64,000 bases of DNA, taken from the NCBI RefSeq assembly GCF_035084215.1, contig NC_090340.1, positions 15,004,001-15,068,000 on the forward strand, given 5' to 3'. A model generated the notes under the pieces. It was not told the DNA's origin and made no database searches. It worked only from the letters and a program-made list of their open reading frames with translations. The DNA is from Heptranchias perlo. Taxonomy: Eukaryota. Position 1 is the stretch's first letter. Each line of letters starts with the position of its first letter. Shown one piece after another: positions 62,990-64,000 of the stretch. A program made the position numbers and the translations under genes.

Positions 62990-64000
62990 GTTTCCTGCTT
63001 TTTCTATCACGAAAATCATTGACAGAGCGTCAGCAGCAGCAGAGCTTATCAGGAGACCCAGAGCGGCAGATTCAAACAGAGTGCGAGGGCAGCAGCAGCA
63101 GAGCCTATCAGGTGACCCAAAGCGGCAGAGGGGGAAAAACAGAGGGGAAGATTCAAAAAGTGATTTTATGGTGAGCATAGAGTGAGGCATGGTGGAGCCA
63201 AGGAATTAGAGCTAATTGTTTAAGTTATAATTTATCTTAAGTATTACGAGCATAATATCCTATAGCGCAGAGTGTAAGTCAGTGTAAGTATTTATTTTAT
63301 TGATAAATGTTTTTTGTGGATATTGTGTTTAGCGGTTAGTGGTTTTTTGCTGATTGCTTGGTGCCTACTAGTGGTTAGTGTTTTAGTGTCAGATAAACGG
63401 TAAATTGCCTTAAAGCTAAACAAACAGTTCAAATAACTGTTAGCTAACATGGTAGGACAGCTGGGGCCAGCCGCATACACATCCTGTGCCATGTGGGAAC
63501 TCCAGGACACTGTGTGTGTCCTGGAAAGCCACATGTGTAGGAAGGGCCACCAACTGCTCAGGCTCGAGCTCAGAGTGTTTGCGCTTGAGGGGCGCTGGCA
63601 TCACTACAGTGTATACGGGAATCTGAGAGTTTCATGCATAGCACGTTTCAGGAGGTGGTCACTCCCACAGCTACAGAGAGATCAGGCAGAGACGGAGTGG
63701 GTGACGAGCAGACAGACTAGGAGGAACAGGCAATCAGTGCAGGAGTTCCCTGGGAGTGTCGTATTCAGTGTTGAATAACAGTGAGGCTGTTGACATCTCG
63801 GGGGAGTGCAGTCAGTAGTAAATCCACGCGCCATGAGAGACTCAGCTGCACAGTGGGGGCAAAGAAATGCAGTCTTACCTCGGTGGTGGGCAAACTATTA
63901 GAATCAATACTGAGAGATAGGATAAACTGTCATTTGGAAAGGCATGGTTTAATCAGGGATAGTCAGCATGGATTTGTTCAGGGAAGGTCATGCCTTACAA
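62990..64000 (+). mobile_element. CR1 5' UTR and ORF1 N-terminus joined to an ORF2 fragment
   Basis: TSCAMWELQD...HMCRKGHQLLRLELRV resembles the CR1 ORF1 zinc-finger/leucine-zipper start; agtcagcatggatttgttcagggaaggtcatgcctt at the window end is ORF2. Confidence 0.8.

Overview
Vertebrate genomic DNA, most likely from a cartilaginous fish (inferred from shark-type CR1 LINEs, Deu-domain SINEs and a Penelope remnant); roughly half the window is transposon-derived. The rest is a tandem and inverted cluster of at least seven paralogous cassettes of a multi-exon immunoglobulin-superfamily receptor. The layout is leader, germline-joined V+J exon, C1-set exon, TM exon and two cytoplasmic exons. Copy B (11195-14711, +) reads as an intact 271-aa gene with a TM arginine and a short tyrosine-free tail, which results from an 11-bp deletion plus decay of an ITIM/ITSM exon. 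Copy C (52605-57029) keeps that ITIM/ITSM-type exon, so the locus looks like a non-rearranging, antigen-receptor-like paired-receptor family undergoing birth and death. Two retroelement oddities also stand out: a very young tRNA-Ser-primed ERV derivative with inverted U3 ends and a perfect 5-bp TSD (23033-25612), and a ~63-bp repeat array of PBS-like units abutting an LTR (100-375). Exon calls come from manual reading of splice sites and paralog alignment; no expression or database evidence was available.
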